From Nitrosopumilaceae archaeon (GTDB lineage: Archaea > Thermoproteota > Nitrososphaeria > Nitrososphaerales > Nitrosopumilaceae), in NCBI GenBank assembly GCA_965214835.1, contig CBDCCK010000002.1, forward strand, positions 2,560,001 through 2,624,000: a stretch of DNA of 64,000 bases, in the 5' to 3' direction. Numbering within the stretch: the first letter of the stretch is position 1; each line of letters starts with the position of its first letter. Below are positions 33,121 to 45,478 of this stretch, piece after piece. The notes under the pieces are model-generated. The model had not been told where the DNA came from and ran no database searches. It saw only the letters and a list, made by a program, of their open reading frames with translations. Position numbers and translations under genes: made by a program.

Positions 33121-35153
33121 GTACAACTTCAGGTCCTATTTAAAGCGCCTAGGGAACTTTTTGCCCGGAACTTTTTGATCCTTCCGCATCCGTTGTGACA
33201 GACCCGTTGCACCACCACACATCCTTTGTACATGCCAGGACCGGCGCCATGCAGGCAACACATTGACGAGTGGCATCTGCAGGCAGTCAGGAGCCGTTGC
33301 ACTCGATGCCGTTGACTGGCAGATTCAGCCGGATCCTTCGATATGAGGCTACGGGTTACGCCGTCCCGTAGGCGCCAGACGGATCATGATATCATCGGGG
33401 CTACGGGTACGACGGCCGTCTGGTTCCGGCGTACCGCCCCCTTGCCTGCACCCGGCCACACCGGCGGCGGCCCGGGACACTCAAAGACGCTGTATCTTGT
33501 ACCGTCCGGATCTACAAGCGAGGACAGGCGTGGTGCGTCATCCTTGGCCCTGGCAAAGATGTCCCACTCCGGATCCCGCAGGTACTCCAGGAGCGCCCTG
33601 GCAGGATGTATGCCCTGCTTGCGGCACGTCATCGAAAACGTCGACATCACGGAAAATGTCTCCCTTCCCCCGTCGGTCACGATCTTGTGGCGCGCATTGC
33701 GCTGTGGTATGATCCCGTCGCGTATGCACCGCTCGGTGTCGTTGTTGTGCGGCGGCATTCCCGGATGCGCCGCAGACGTAAGCATGTACGGTATGGCGTT
33801 TAGCAGGTGCGTGCGCACGCGCTTGTCCACGTATGTGCTGATTATTTCGTAGGCCTGCCTGGAAAGCTCCATGCATGTAAACGGTGCAAGCGTCCTGATT
33901 TCTTTTATCGTCCTGTAAAGTTCAAGCAGCAAATTATACCGTACCTCATCATCCCCGCCCATCCTGACTGCAAGCTGCTCGGCATATGCCAGAAGGTGCC
34001 TCCAGCACCTCTGGATTATTGTAAAGAACCGCCTGTACTGGGCCAGCCCGTCGACGACTATTGGAACCCTGGGATCCAGCCATCCAAAGTATGTATGCAG
34101 GACATCGGAGGACCGGGACGGTGCAAAGACTACAAAGCACGCCCCCGTACAGTTGAGCACCCAGACGTACCCCGTGTGCCCGTCGCCGCGCTTAAAGCCG
34201 GTCTCGTCCATCTGTATCCACGGCCGGGCAGCAATGAACGACTGTATGCGCTGTATCATGTTTTGCTGGAGCGCATTTGCCATTGCGCGCCGCGCACCTG
34301 TCACGGTATTTGGGGCCATCCTGAACCCGAACAGGACCCGAAAGTACTCTGCAATGTCCTCGTCGGTGTTTCCCTTCTCGGAGAACGTCGTGATTATGGA
34401 AAGCGAGAAGGGCCCGAGCGACGTTCCGCCCAGGAACGGGGTGGCCGCAACTACCTCGCCGTTGCATTTGGGACACACGGCATTCTGGATGATGGCATTG
34501 GCAGCACGCATGCGCATGGAGTCGTCCAGGTCGTTTACAAGCTTGTTGAGCGGCTTGAGCATCCTCAGCTGGACGTCGCACTTTGGGCACGCCTTGGAGT
34601 CAAGATCGTACCTCAATGTCCTAGACGGCCGGTTGCGGTGCGATACGCCCCGGTGTCCGCACGGGGGGCCGCGCTTTTTGCCCCTGGCCGTGTCACCCGG
34701 ACTGCCCCCCGGATCCTCGCCCCTTCGCTCCCTGAACTTCTTTCTGGCGTCATTATATAATGACGGCGTGGATGTGGGCATGTTGGGACTCTCGTACAGG
34801 GCAAGCCTTGCCTGAAGCTTGGTGTTCTCCTTTTTGATGTCGGAGAGTTCCTTTTCCAGCTTGGAGATCTTCTCATCCCGCTCCATGATCATGACAAGTG
34901 CCTTTCCAGGATCCGTACAGCGTGCAGGCGCGGCTTTGGAGTCCATGTGTACACCAAGCAGGCAAGATCAAAAAAGATTCCCGTTGAAATTCTTTGACCC
35001 GGATACTAATACTGGCACCCTTTCAGAAATTTCATGCCTGCGATGTCTGGTCACAGATGTTTTATGCCCAGCCATGACTGCAAGGACATCTGATCATAAG
35101 ATGCTGCCCAGGAAATGCCTGCCTGTCAGTATAAAAAGGACCTGAAGTTGTAC
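33121..35153 (-). mobile_element. IS66-family (single-ORF, ISBst12-like) element, transposase at 33384-34946
   Basis: TIR GTACAACTTCAGGTCCT; CPKC zinc finger, MDETG, QRCWRHL and NNDTER motifs. Confidence 0.9.
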
Positions 35154-35569
35154 GCCTCATCAAATTCTATGTCTCCAGACAGCATTTTCATCTCTCCAAT
35201 TGCGGCCTCGTATATGGCATCGCGAAACACCATGAACGCATGTTCTATGGACCTAAGACTGACGTTTATGCTAAATCGCAACCTGTATGCCGGAACTCCT
35301 ACCGAAAACAGATACAGCAAAAGGATTACCGTGTTGGGTGGAAGCCTGATCCTTGCCAAATATGTGCCAGTAAACTCGTCGAACCTATACCAACATCTTT
35401 TACACCGGAATCGATCTCCTGTGCGATAGACCTTCCTGCACCGCATTTGGAACATGTCCTCCTTCCATTCCATCTGGCGTGTCGAAAATAGACCCTACTT
35501 TTTGACACGCTATTGGCCAGTTTTATTGGATCTGCGCTAGGCACGACTTGGGCACGAATGCTGGTCATA
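35154..35569 (-). pseudogene. IS1595-family transposase N-terminal fragment
   Basis: Zn ribbon CSKC...RCKRC, FTGT and LSGDIEFDEA; truncated by IS66. Confidence 0.75.
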
Positions 35570-35773
35570 TTATCTGTTTTTTGCTCGGCCAACTGACTAC
35601 ATATTACCTTATTTTTTTTGTCAATATTCTAATTCCAACACCTTTGAAACATGTCACTGCAGTAAAACAATGTACATGAAACCTACAAAACCAAGAAAAA
35701 ATCGGATCGTTGATAAGTTAAGGATGGTAAACGGGTAAAGAAATATTTACTAAAAACTTGACGGTTTCATCAA

Positions 35774-36595
35774 ATGGCAGAAATTGTTTGCTCCTTTCAG
35801 GAATTTATAGATTTTATTGGTCCTAGAATAAGAAACAACATAGCAAACATGACTAGACCTTTTAAAAGAAACTTAGGATCAAAATGTCAGAAATGCGGAG
35901 AAAAGAAAAAAGAATTGGATGCAGCCCACAAACATGGTAATTCCAGACGAGAAATTATTGCAAGAGTACTAAACAACTATGAGACCACGAATGATGGGGT
36001 GTATAAGATAGACGATATTGCTCGAGTACTTGCTGAAATAAATAATGCTCATATCCCAATAGAGGATTGCTTCCTATTTTTGTGCAGGCCGTGTCACAGG
36101 GAATATGAATCAGAAACAAAATATTCGGACAGTTCAGAGATTCAAGAAGATGCTGTTAGTGCAAATTATAAACCACGAAAAATAGAAAATCAGCGAGTTC
36201 AAATAAAAGACCGTGACCGTCTTTGTAAAAAAATAAAACAGAGCTGGAAATATAAGATCGGTTGGACGTCACCCAAAAACAGAAAGAACATAGAAGAATT
36301 AATCTCAAAGATAGAAGAAAACTTTGATTGTCACACAGTCGCTAGCAAATCTTGGCATTATCATAATCGAAATGACAATGGCCGTCAGTTTTCAGGAATA
36401 ATATGTCATAAAGACAGATCACTGATTTGTTTCAGGGTGGAGCCTTTCTCCTTTACCACTAAGGACTCAAGAATCATTCATGGAAAGAGATGGTTTTTCC
36501 CAGAAGGCAAAGAGAAGCGAATCGATATTGTTCCAGAAAATTATAATTTGATAATTGATTGTCTGAGTCACGCGTACAAAGCATCAGGGCACTAA
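35774..36595 (+). CDS. Zn-finger/HNH-like protein whose C-terminal domain is shared with the GmrSD-like protein
   Basis: CQKC..ELDAAH...LCRPCH..Y; AT-rich. Confidence 0.75.
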   Translation: MAEIVCSFQEFIDFIGPRIRNNIANMTRPFKRNLGSKCQKCGEKKKELDAAHKHGNSRREIIARVLNNYETTNDGVYKIDDIARVLAEINNAHIPIEDCFLFLCRPCHREYESETKYSDSSEIQEDAVSANYKPRKIENQRVQIKDRDRLCKKIKQSWKYKIGWTSPKNRKNIEELISKIEENFDCHTVASKSWHYHNRNDNGRQFSGIICHKDRSLICFRVEPFSFTTKDSRIIHGKRWFFPEGKEKRIDIVPENYNLIIDCLSHAYKASGH

Positions 36596-37590
36596 TACTA
36601 AAGTCAAAAACCAACCCACAGTGGCAGGTAGAACCAATCTCCAACAAAAGGCACTTTATGGGCCTCCCGCAGGTGCCCTTTTCCCGTCCCGGGCAGGAAC
36701 CTGCTGCCAGCAGGAATCATAGCATCTTGTTTCATGCATTGTTGTGCATGTCCCGTGATCTAGATCCTTTGATCAAAAATTGTTGTCGCAATTGCGATCG
36801 GTTTTTGATCACGAATATCACGCCCGTGATCTGTAATCTTGGCGGGGGTCATTTTACGGAAAATGATTTGGACAGCCCCTACAACATACGAGGAATGCAC
36901 AGTCTTCCCAGAAGTACGTGATTCATGACTGTGTGAATGGCGATGGGTGAATCTGCAGGTATCATAATTTGATTTGTTTCAAATCCGGGACGTTTTCCGG
37001 GTTACTTCTGGGAAGACTAGAACCGAATCATCCTTTCATACGCTTTAACTCACTTCCCGATATCCCCTTTCTTGATTTTTAGCAGGCCGTCAAGTCCGTA
37101 TCGTTCTACTGCAAACGATCCAATCACGTTTCCGTAAACTAGTTTGTTGCAACAAACTACAAATACGCATAAGTCTATACATGACAAGCAGCAGTGATTG
37201 TCCCGTCAGTCCCATTCACTCCATGATTTTTTTATGAATCGGTTGCTGCTTTTTGGAAGAGCGTATATTCTTGTCGCGTTGGATTTTGCATATCTTTTCG
37301 ACTTTTTGAGCCGCCTTGCTCCGAGTATTCTTTTCCACGGTTCAAGCGCGCCGCTCATGTCTCTCTCCACTTTGTCTATCGCGTCAGGATCCTCACTGTA
37401 CGACAGAATATTCTTGATTTTTCTCGGATCGATGCCAATCTTTTTGGACTCGCTTTTCATGTATGTGGCCATCTGCCCGCGCAGGATTCTGAGCCTTGTT
37501 TCCTTGTCACCCATGCCTTCCATCCCGTACTTGACTCTGTTCATCGCAGATAATATATCGCTCCTGGCAGCTTTGATAACGCTGGCGATT

Positions 37591-38222
37591 CCAGTAGACG
37601 GAAATGTAACCCCCAAAAGCCACCGCGGCCCTACGGCGGCGGGCCGGCAAACCCGTACTCTGCAAGATTCCTTCTGGCAGCCATGAGAAGCCCGCATACT
37701 ACCAGTAACAATGTAAAGTCCCTTCTCTCACACCATATGTCGTCCCTGTTGCGCTCGACGGCCCACATGTTGTACACAAAGACAGACACAAAGAATGCAA
37801 GCAGCCTGATGTCCTGGTTCCTGCTTATGGTCTTGGCCCGTATCTGTTCTATCTGCCTGTATCCTGTCTCTATCCCCCACCTCTTCCGATAGTCCGGTGA
37901 GGCAGTATCAATCTCGTGCAGTGCGTTGGAGAACGGGAGGTTGGTGGCAAATGCCACGTACTGTTCCACTACGGTCTTGCCCTCCTGCCCGTGCATGGCA
38001 GATGGCACAATAACCAGGTTAAATGATGCGGTCTTGCCTTTGCTGTTTGTAATGGTAAAGCCCGACACGCAGCTTCCATCGGTCTTGCCTGCTGCGTGTG
38101 CCGTCTCTATCGCATTCTTTACGGTGGCATTCTTGACTGCAGGCATCAGGAATTTTTTTCCTGCGCGATACATCTCTTTCATTATGTCGACTGAGTAGAA
38201 CTCCCGGTCCAGCAGAAAAAGT
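37591..38222 (-). pseudogene. 3' half of an ISH3-family element
   Basis: LDREFYS, FATN and YRKRWGIETGY; end CAGTAGACGGAAATGTAAC; cut by IS66. Confidence 0.8.
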
Positions 38223-40276
38223 GTACAACTTCAGGTCCTTTTTATACTGACAGGCAGGCATTTCCTGGGCAGCATCTTATGATCAGATGTCCTTGCAGTC
38301 ATGGCTGGGCATAAAACACCTGTGACCAGACATCGCAGGCATAAAATTTCTGAAAGAGTGCCAGTATTAGTATCCGGGTCAAAGAATTTCAACGGGAATC
38401 TTTTTTGATCTTGCCTGTTTGGTGTACACATGGACTCCAAAGCCGCGCCTGCACGCTGTACGGATCCTGGAAAGGCACTTGTCATGATCATGGAGCGGGA
38501 TGAGAAGATCTCCAAGCTGGAAAAGGAACTCTCCGACATCAAAAAGGAGAACTCCGACACCAAAAAGGAGAACACCAAGCTTCAGGCAAGGCTTGCCCTG
38601 TACGAGAGTCCCAACATGCCCACATCCACGCCGTCATTATATAATGACGCCAGAAAGAAGTTCAGGGAGCGAAGGGGCGAGGATCCCGGCGGCAGTCCGG
38701 GTGACACGGCCAGGGGCAAAAAGCGCGGCCCCCCGTGCGGACACCGGGGCGTATCGCACTGCAACCGGCCGTCTAGGACATTGAGGTACGATCTTGACTC
38801 CAAGGCGTGCCCAAAGTGCGACGTCCAGCTGAGGATGCTCAAGCCGCTCAACAAGCTTGTAAACGACCTGGACGACTCCATGCGCATGCGTGCTGCCAAT
38901 GCCATCATCCAGAATGCCGTGTGTCCCAAATGCAACGGCGAGGTAGTTGCGGCCACCCCGTTCCTGGGCGGAACGTCGCTCGGGCCCTTCTCGCTTTCCA
39001 TAATCACGACGTTCTCCGAGAAGGGAAACACCGACGAGGACATTGCAGAGTACTTTCGGGTCCTGTTCGGGTTCAGGATGGCCCCAAATACCGTGACAGG
39101 TGCGCGGCGCGCAATGGCAAATGCGCTCCAGCAAAACATGATACAGCGCATACAGTCGTTCATTGCGGGCAGGCCGTGGATACAGATGGACGAGACCGGC
39201 TTTAAGCGCGGCGACGGGCACACGGGGTACGTCTGGGTGCTCAACTGTACGGGGGCGTGCTTTGTAGTCTTTGCACCGTCCCGGTCCTCCGATGTCCTGC
39301 ATACATACTTTGGATGGCTGGATCCCAGGGTTCCAATAGTCGTCGACGGGCTGGCCCAGTACAAGGTGTACTTTGAGATAATCCAGAGGTGCTGGAGGCA
39401 CCTTCTGGCATATGCCGAGCAGCTTGCAGTCAGGATGGGCGGGGATGATGAGGTACGGTATAATTTGCTGCTTGAACTTTACAGGACGATAAAAGAAATC
39501 AGGACGCTTGCACCGTTTACATGCATGGAGCTTTCCAGGCAGGCCTACGAAATAATCAGCACATACGTGGACAAGCGCGTGCGCACGCACCTGCTAAACG
39601 CCATACCGTACATGCTTACGTCTGCGGCGCATCCGGGAATGCCGCCGCACAACAACGACACCGAGCGGTGCATACGCGACGGGATCATACCACAGCGCAA
39701 TGCGCGCCACAAGATCGTGACCGACGGGGGAAGGGAGACATTTTCCGTGATGTCGACGTTTTCGATGACGTGCCGCAAGCAGGGCATACATCCTGCCAGG
39801 GCGCTCCTGGAGTACCTGCGGGATCCGGAGTGGGACATCTTTGCCAGGGCCAAGGATGACGCACCACGCCTGTCCTCGCTTGTAGATCCGGACGGTACAA
39901 GATACAGCGTCTTTGAGTGTCCCGGGCCGCCGCCGGTGTGGCCGGGTGCAGGCAAGGGGGCGGTACGCCGGAACCAGACGGCCGTCGTACCCGTAGCCCC
40001 GATGATATCATGATCCGTCTGGCGCCTACGGGACGGCGTAACCCGTAGCCTCATATCGAAGGATCCGGCTGAATCTGCCAGTCAACGGCATCGAGTGCAA
40101 CGGCTCCTGACTGCCTGCAGATGCCACTCGTCAATGTGTTGCCTGCATGGCGCCGGTCCTGGCATGTACAAAGGATGTGTGGTGATGCAACGGGTCTGTC
40201 ACAACGGATGCGGAAGGATCAAAAAGTTCCGGGCAAAAAGTTCCCTAGGCGCTTTAAATAGGACCTGAAGTTGTAC
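38223..40276 (+). mobile_element. Second, inverted copy of the IS66-family element, transposase at 38430-40013
   Basis: Near-identical reverse complement of 33121-35153 with the same TIRs. Confidence 0.92.
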
Positions 40277-40486
40277 GTTTTGCGCAGCTTAGCAGGCTCT
40301 AAAAGCCGTCTCTGATTTCAGGCACGAATTCTATTTGATTGGCATCACCAGTAGTAAAATCCATGCCTGAACTTCGAGCCCGGGCTGTTATCTTTGAGCC
40401 GGCTCCTGTATCCATAGCCTGTCATCTTGAACTTCTTGACCATGAGAGTCGATCCAAAGTTTGCTAATTTTGAGTCGCCTCACTGC

Positions 40487-41347
40487 TCAGGCAGATGCGC
40501 GATCTTCTGCGGGAGCTCCTTCCCGGGAGGTGACCGCCTGCGTGTCCTGCAGCCGGCCCCTCTTGGAGAGGAAGGCACGCACGTCACACGGATACGTGAC
40601 CCGTAGCCTTCCACGCGTTATGATCCCCATGTACTCGTCAAGCGTGACATGATCCCCGTCGTTTGATATGAAGAGTACGTTGTGGTCTCCTGCAAGCGTT
40701 GCGGCCTGGGCAAGCAGCAGGGCGTCTCCCCCCCCCCCTGCCGGCCTCCCTGCACAGACCGTCCAGGATCCCCCTCCTTTCATCCCGCATCATGCGCCTT
40801 ATGCCGCGTTCGCCGTACTTGTGGCCGTACTTCCTGTGGATCCAGTCGATGGCCTCGTTGGTATCCGGATGGTTCCGCATCCACAGCTGCCTTCCGGTGA
40901 TGTTTTCCAGCATCTCCCTGTGACTGCCTATCCTGTTCGTATAGTCCTCAAAGCCCTCTGCCTCGATCCTCTCTCTTATCTCGTTCATCCTGTCCGTTCC
41001 CGCGCCGTCAAACACCACTCCCCTCTTCCTGTTGGACTGCCCGTCCTCCGACCATGTGACGTGCTTTTCCAGCTGGCTTGCGCTGGTCTTGAAGAGGATC
41101 TTCGTATGAGGTCACGTCCCCTTGCCAGCTAGGCACGAAAATCATAATTGTACATGCCAATTCGTGCCTGATTGCCAGGGTAGGTGACCACATACGGATC
41201 TTCTTCTCGTTCCTCAGCACCGACCCTAGGCCCTGCACCAGGGCTGCCTCCTCCGCCTCCCTCCGGCTCCGCAGGTTCTACCTGCCGAGATAATAAAGCA
41301 GCGTGCTAGTGTCAAAGGATACCAGCAGCTCCGACCTTACAGCCATG
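40487..41347 (-). pseudogene. PIN-domain protein broken by an in-frame TAG, a MITE and a poly-G frameshift
   Basis: VSFDTSTLL...GDALLLAQA...FISNDGDH rejoin after removing MITE 41105-41194 and one G of G11. Confidence 0.65.
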
Positions 41348-41699
41348 CGACACCAGCACCGGTCATCGTCTGGTATGGCAGAGGATGCGGTAAAAACATT
41401 GCGAGGGTCATGGTATGGGTCAGCCCGCCGGACTCTTCGGCCGCGGCTGCCCGGATGCATTGCATGCGGGATTGCGAGGCGCCGCTACTTCAGATTCCTC
41501 ATAAAAAATCAATTAGGCAGGGCCAACATATTGCCACGCCGACTTTGCATGAACCCATGTGGATTCTCAGGGATTCGCACATCATGAGCCGCCTTTTTCT
41601 GCCGAATCGCCACGGCGCCGCACTTCCGGATCTCACAATACAGGCAGCGCTCTCTCAAGCACTGTGTTGATTCGCGCCGCGTCCTTTGCATCAAGGAGA

Positions 41700-42230
41700 T
41701 CAAGCCGCCGCCTGACCCCTGCAGGCATGCCACGAACCGACGGAGCCGCGACTCTGCAGGTTCCGGGCCTGCCAGCGCGGATGCCTCCCGCGCATCCTGG
41801 CGCCTACCGCACTGACCTGCCCGGATGCAAGCTCCGACATCAGCACGGCCCCGAGGACCTTCAGATCGTCGACGGAGCCGCCGGTGATCCAGCACAGGTT
41901 GTGGTGCGGACAATACGTGCCAGTATCCATTGCTGTCGCCCCGTTCCTGCTCAGATCGGCAGGCAGCAGCTTGGGCCTGCAGGCAAGGCCGGGGCGTATC
42001 CCGTCAATCATTCTGTGCCATTTTGACGGGTTTCTCTTGACGGCGTACCTCCCCCCGAGCGCCCCCTTGCGGGAGCGCAGATACGCCTCCGTTCACGGGT
42101 ATCGATCCAGCCTTACCACGGTGCCGTCATCATCAAACGGGTTGAGCATGTGGCTGCCCGACCGGCGGATTCTTCCGTCGCGGATGTCGCCTGAATGGAC
42201 TATAGACACAAGGCGGTCTTCCTCCACCGT
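41700..42230 (-). pseudogene. C-terminal fragment of an Eco57I/TaqI-like methyltransferase
   Basis: KLLPADL...DTGTYCPHHNLCWIT...LMS...MRG...RWQA..L. Confidence 0.65.
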
Positions 42231-42292
42231 GGGGCGTGACCCCACATGTGCATCACAAGCGTTAAAAATCCGGGCCTCCCAGCCATATCAAC

Positions 42293-42964
42293 ATGGAGCG
42301 CGCCAAGATCTTTTTGAGTCATGCAGCAGAGGACCGGATTACTGCCAGGCGCCTGGTAGAGGGGCTGGCAGAGCATGGCTTTGACGTGTTTAGAGTAGAT
42401 GATGATTTGGTGCTCAAGAAGGACGGGGAGAATACGGTAAAGGATCTAATCGAAAAGTGCATCCTGTTCGTGGCGCTGCTGTCTGAGAACTTTAAAAACT
42501 CGGACTTTACGGATCACGAGGTCGGAATCGCCATAGCGTGCAACAAGAAGATATTTCCAGTCAGCCTTGATCATGTCACGCCCTATGGCTTTATGTTCGG
42601 GCTTGGGGACTCTCAGAAAATTGATCCGAAGATTGATCCGGATGAGATGTCGGTGCTTGCGCGGGCCATGAGATCGCTTCTTGACAAGGATCGAAAAGCG
42701 ATCGACAGGCTGATAGAGGTGATGCGCTGCGCCGACTCGGTTGAAGATGCCGGCATGGCAGCCTATGTGCTGTTTGAACACACCGCATTCTCCCCAAAGC
42801 AGATCAATGGCGTCGCCGTTGCGTTTCTTGAGAACGACAACATCAGTGACAGCTGGATGGCAGAACCCATCTGCCTGGCCTTTCTCAATAGCAATTGGGA
42901 TTTGATAGACCCCCGATACCGGGACGAGCTGAGCCAGATGCACCCCGATCTGGGCCACTCCTAA
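42293..42964 (+). CDS. TIR-domain protein (TIR_2)
   Basis: KIFLSHAAED, FVALLSENFKNSDFTDHEVGIA, KIFPV. Confidence 0.88.
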   Translation: MERAKIFLSHAAEDRITARRLVEGLAEHGFDVFRVDDDLVLKKDGENTVKDLIEKCILFVALLSENFKNSDFTDHEVGIAIACNKKIFPVSLDHVTPYGFMFGLGDSQKIDPKIDPDEMSVLARAMRSLLDKDRKAIDRLIEVMRCADSVEDAGMAAYVLFEHTAFSPKQINGVAVAFLENDNISDSWMAEPICLAFLNSNWDLIDPRYRDELSQMHPDLGHS

Positions 42965-43329
42965 ACTGGGATGCCTGGCAGGACGGCCCGGCCGCCCAGA
43001 CCAGGACAGCGTGCATCTGGCCATGCCCCTGATCATCGGATCCGTGCAGCCCAGCAGATCCCCCCTGTGAATCCGAGGCAAACTCCCTTCTGGCATGAAT
43101 CATGTCATCGGCGGCGGGCGGATCCGGTCATCGGATTATGCGGGGCGCGGCCGGCCGTCATACATACCCAGGATCAGGGATGGCTTGGCCCGAGCTGCTG
43201 CAGGCGGTGGGATTTTACGCTGCTGGTCGCAGGAGCGCTTGTCACGGCGGCCAGAAGAAATCGCGCAGAATGCGGATTTGCCGGTCCGCCGCAGGATCTG
43301 GGCGGTTTCCGGAGGTCTTGTATCTCCGT

Positions 43330-43840
43330 TTACTGGTCTGTCTCACACTCGACGCGCCGATGCCCGGAGACCCTGCTTCTGCGGCGCTGCTCCCTCACCG
43401 ATTTAAACGCCGCGGCCAGCTTGTACATTCTCCCCTCGGACATCACGCTTCCATGGTACAGCTCAAACAGCGCCCCCACGCTTCGCTTTGACCCCTTCCT
43501 GTCATTCCACGCCAGCGTCTCACAGTACATCTCCTCCATATACAGATCCCCCAGGATTATGCGGCTGTTCAGGAAGCGCCTCAGACTCCTTCGCCTGCCC
43601 GGATCCGGCTCGTACACGTCGACTATGATCTCCCCCCTGCCGGGCACTGCATTCTCGCCGACGGTCACCGTCTCATGCCTGTATCCGCCCTCGCTCTCAA
43701 GGACATACCGGGACAGCCTGTCCTCGTACTTGAAGCTGACACTCAACGTGCAGGTACAGGATCGCCTCCACTTGTAAACGTTTATGCTGCGCTTCTGGGA
43801 ATCGACGGAGAACCGAGGCGGCCGCCCTGGTGAAAATTTG
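43330..43840 (-). CDS. Hypothetical protein, 5' end abutting a MITE family 4 copy
   Basis: About 170-aa ORF; no motif recognised. Confidence 0.4.
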
Positions 43841-44231
43841 TATGTGGTCACGTCTCCCTGCTAGCTAGGCACGAAAATCACAATCATGCATGCTAATTCG
43901 TGCCTGACTAATGGGGGTAGGTGACCTCATACGAAAATTTGAAGGTTTTGAGCCGGCCATGCAAAAAACATTTCTGCGTGCGATGATTGCGGCCTGACCT
44001 GGCCCACGCCGCCTCCGGATGGACCGGCACAGTCTGGATCCGGTTGCCGCCACGATACAGGCGTCATGTCTGGCATGGATAATGCCGGCACACTTGGTTT
44101 TATGGCGTTTGGGGAATTCCCGCATCCGAGTGGCCGCCGTCATGTCGCCTACAGGCAGACGCCCGGAATCGGGACGAGCTGGGCCAGACGCACCCCAATC
44201 TGGGGGGACCGGCAAAAAAAAGTGGTGGATT

Positions 44232-44684
44232 CTAGTAATCCAGGATCACGGCACCCGCGTCGATGAGCCTCTGCATCTTTGGCATCCTCGGATGCGAGTC
44301 GATCTCTATGCCCGGAAGCAGGTCGCCAGGACTCATGCCTGCCATTGCAATGCAGTGCTCGCACGCAATCACCCTTCCCCCAGAAGACATAAAGTCGCCC
44401 ATCATCTGGCTTGCCGGCTGCAGGGCCTGCTCGGGCTGGCCGGCGCCTGCCCTCACCCCGTCCACGTCCAGGAGTATGGCCACGTTTTTGCCGGAATCCA
44501 GCATTGCTGCTGCGTGCTGGACCCCCATCATCACGCGGTGGCCCTCATCGGACGCTATGTGGATAAGCACCGATCTGGCATACGCGTCTGCCTCCTGCTC
44601 CTGGGCCGGAAACGCGGCCACGGCCACCAGGAGGACGGCCGCAAAGGCCGGGACTGCCAGCGAGTATTTCATAACGGACTTCAT
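44232..44684 (-). CDS. Secreted DsrE/DsrF-family protein
   Basis: Signal peptide; VAILLDVDGV, GGRVIACEHC, ends VILDY. Confidence 0.8.
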   Translation of the reverse strand: MKSVMKYSLAVPAFAAVLLVAVAAFPAQEQEADAYARSVLIHIASDEGHRVMMGVQHAAAMLDSGKNVAILLDVDGVRAGAGQPEQALQPASQMMGDFMSSGGRVIACEHCIAMAGMSPGDLLPGIEIDSHPRMPKMQRLIDAGAVILDY

Positions 44685-44746
44685 TGGTAACCGTTGCACC
44701 CGATGATAATAAACCGGATTGGAGACTTTGTAAAATGTACCAGGCG

Positions 44747-45322
44747 TTACAGTGCCAGGAATATGTCCTCTGCGTGCCCGGCCTTTTCATCAAAGAGACT
44801 CGCAAACTCCTTCTTGAAGGTCTTTTTGAACAGCTCCCTGTCCGTGATCCTGTAGCAGTCCCGGCCGTCCTTTCTGCACTTTTCGACCACGCCTGCCTCA
44901 ATCAGGCCCGAAAGGTTCCATGAAAGGGCAGCCGGACTCTTGTCCATCTTGGATGCCAGATCCCGAAAGCTTGGATTCCCCTCTACTATTATCCTGAGTA
45001 AGATCTCCTTTTTTGTCGGCCTTCTCATGCTTTGAATCACCGGGATCTCCTCCTCAAAGACGTCAGCGGGATAGTATCCCCTGTACCTAGGGTGCCTCTG
45101 TGACTTTACCTTGCCATCCCTCTCCAGCTGCCGCAGGTGGTGCATGACCACGCCGTTTTCCAGCCCCGACTCCCTCATCAGGCCCCTTACGTGGATTCCT
45201 GGGTTTCCACGGATGATTTTGAGGAGTCTCTCCCTTCTTTGCACGATCGTACCGTCCGGCAGCCCGCAGTTTAATGATTGCCACGATCCGTCCCGGCGCG
45301 TGGCCCCGGGCACCGGGGGCAA
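44747..45322 (-). CDS. Double winged-helix transcriptional regulator
   Basis: NPGIHVRGLMRESGLENGVVMHHL and a second wHTH SPAALSWNL. Confidence 0.8.
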   Translation of the reverse strand: MPPVPGATRRDGSWQSLNCGLPDGTIVQRRERLLKIIRGNPGIHVRGLMRESGLENGVVMHHLRQLERDGKVKSQRHPRYRGYYPADVFEEEIPVIQSMRRPTKKEILLRIIVEGNPSFRDLASKMDKSPAALSWNLSGLIEAGVVEKCRKDGRDCYRITDRELFKKTFKKEFASLFDEKAGHAEDIFLAL

Positions 45323-45478
45323 GGATCCCCCGGTGTGCAGACGAGGCCTCCAGACCTGCTGCCCCCCACATGTGCAGTGCCGGCACGGGGGCCCAAAACG
45401 GGGCCGCCGTACGGCCTCCGCTGCCGGCTCCGGTGAGGCATGCGGTGCAAAGGCTGCCGGCTGGAAAAATCCAGGCAG

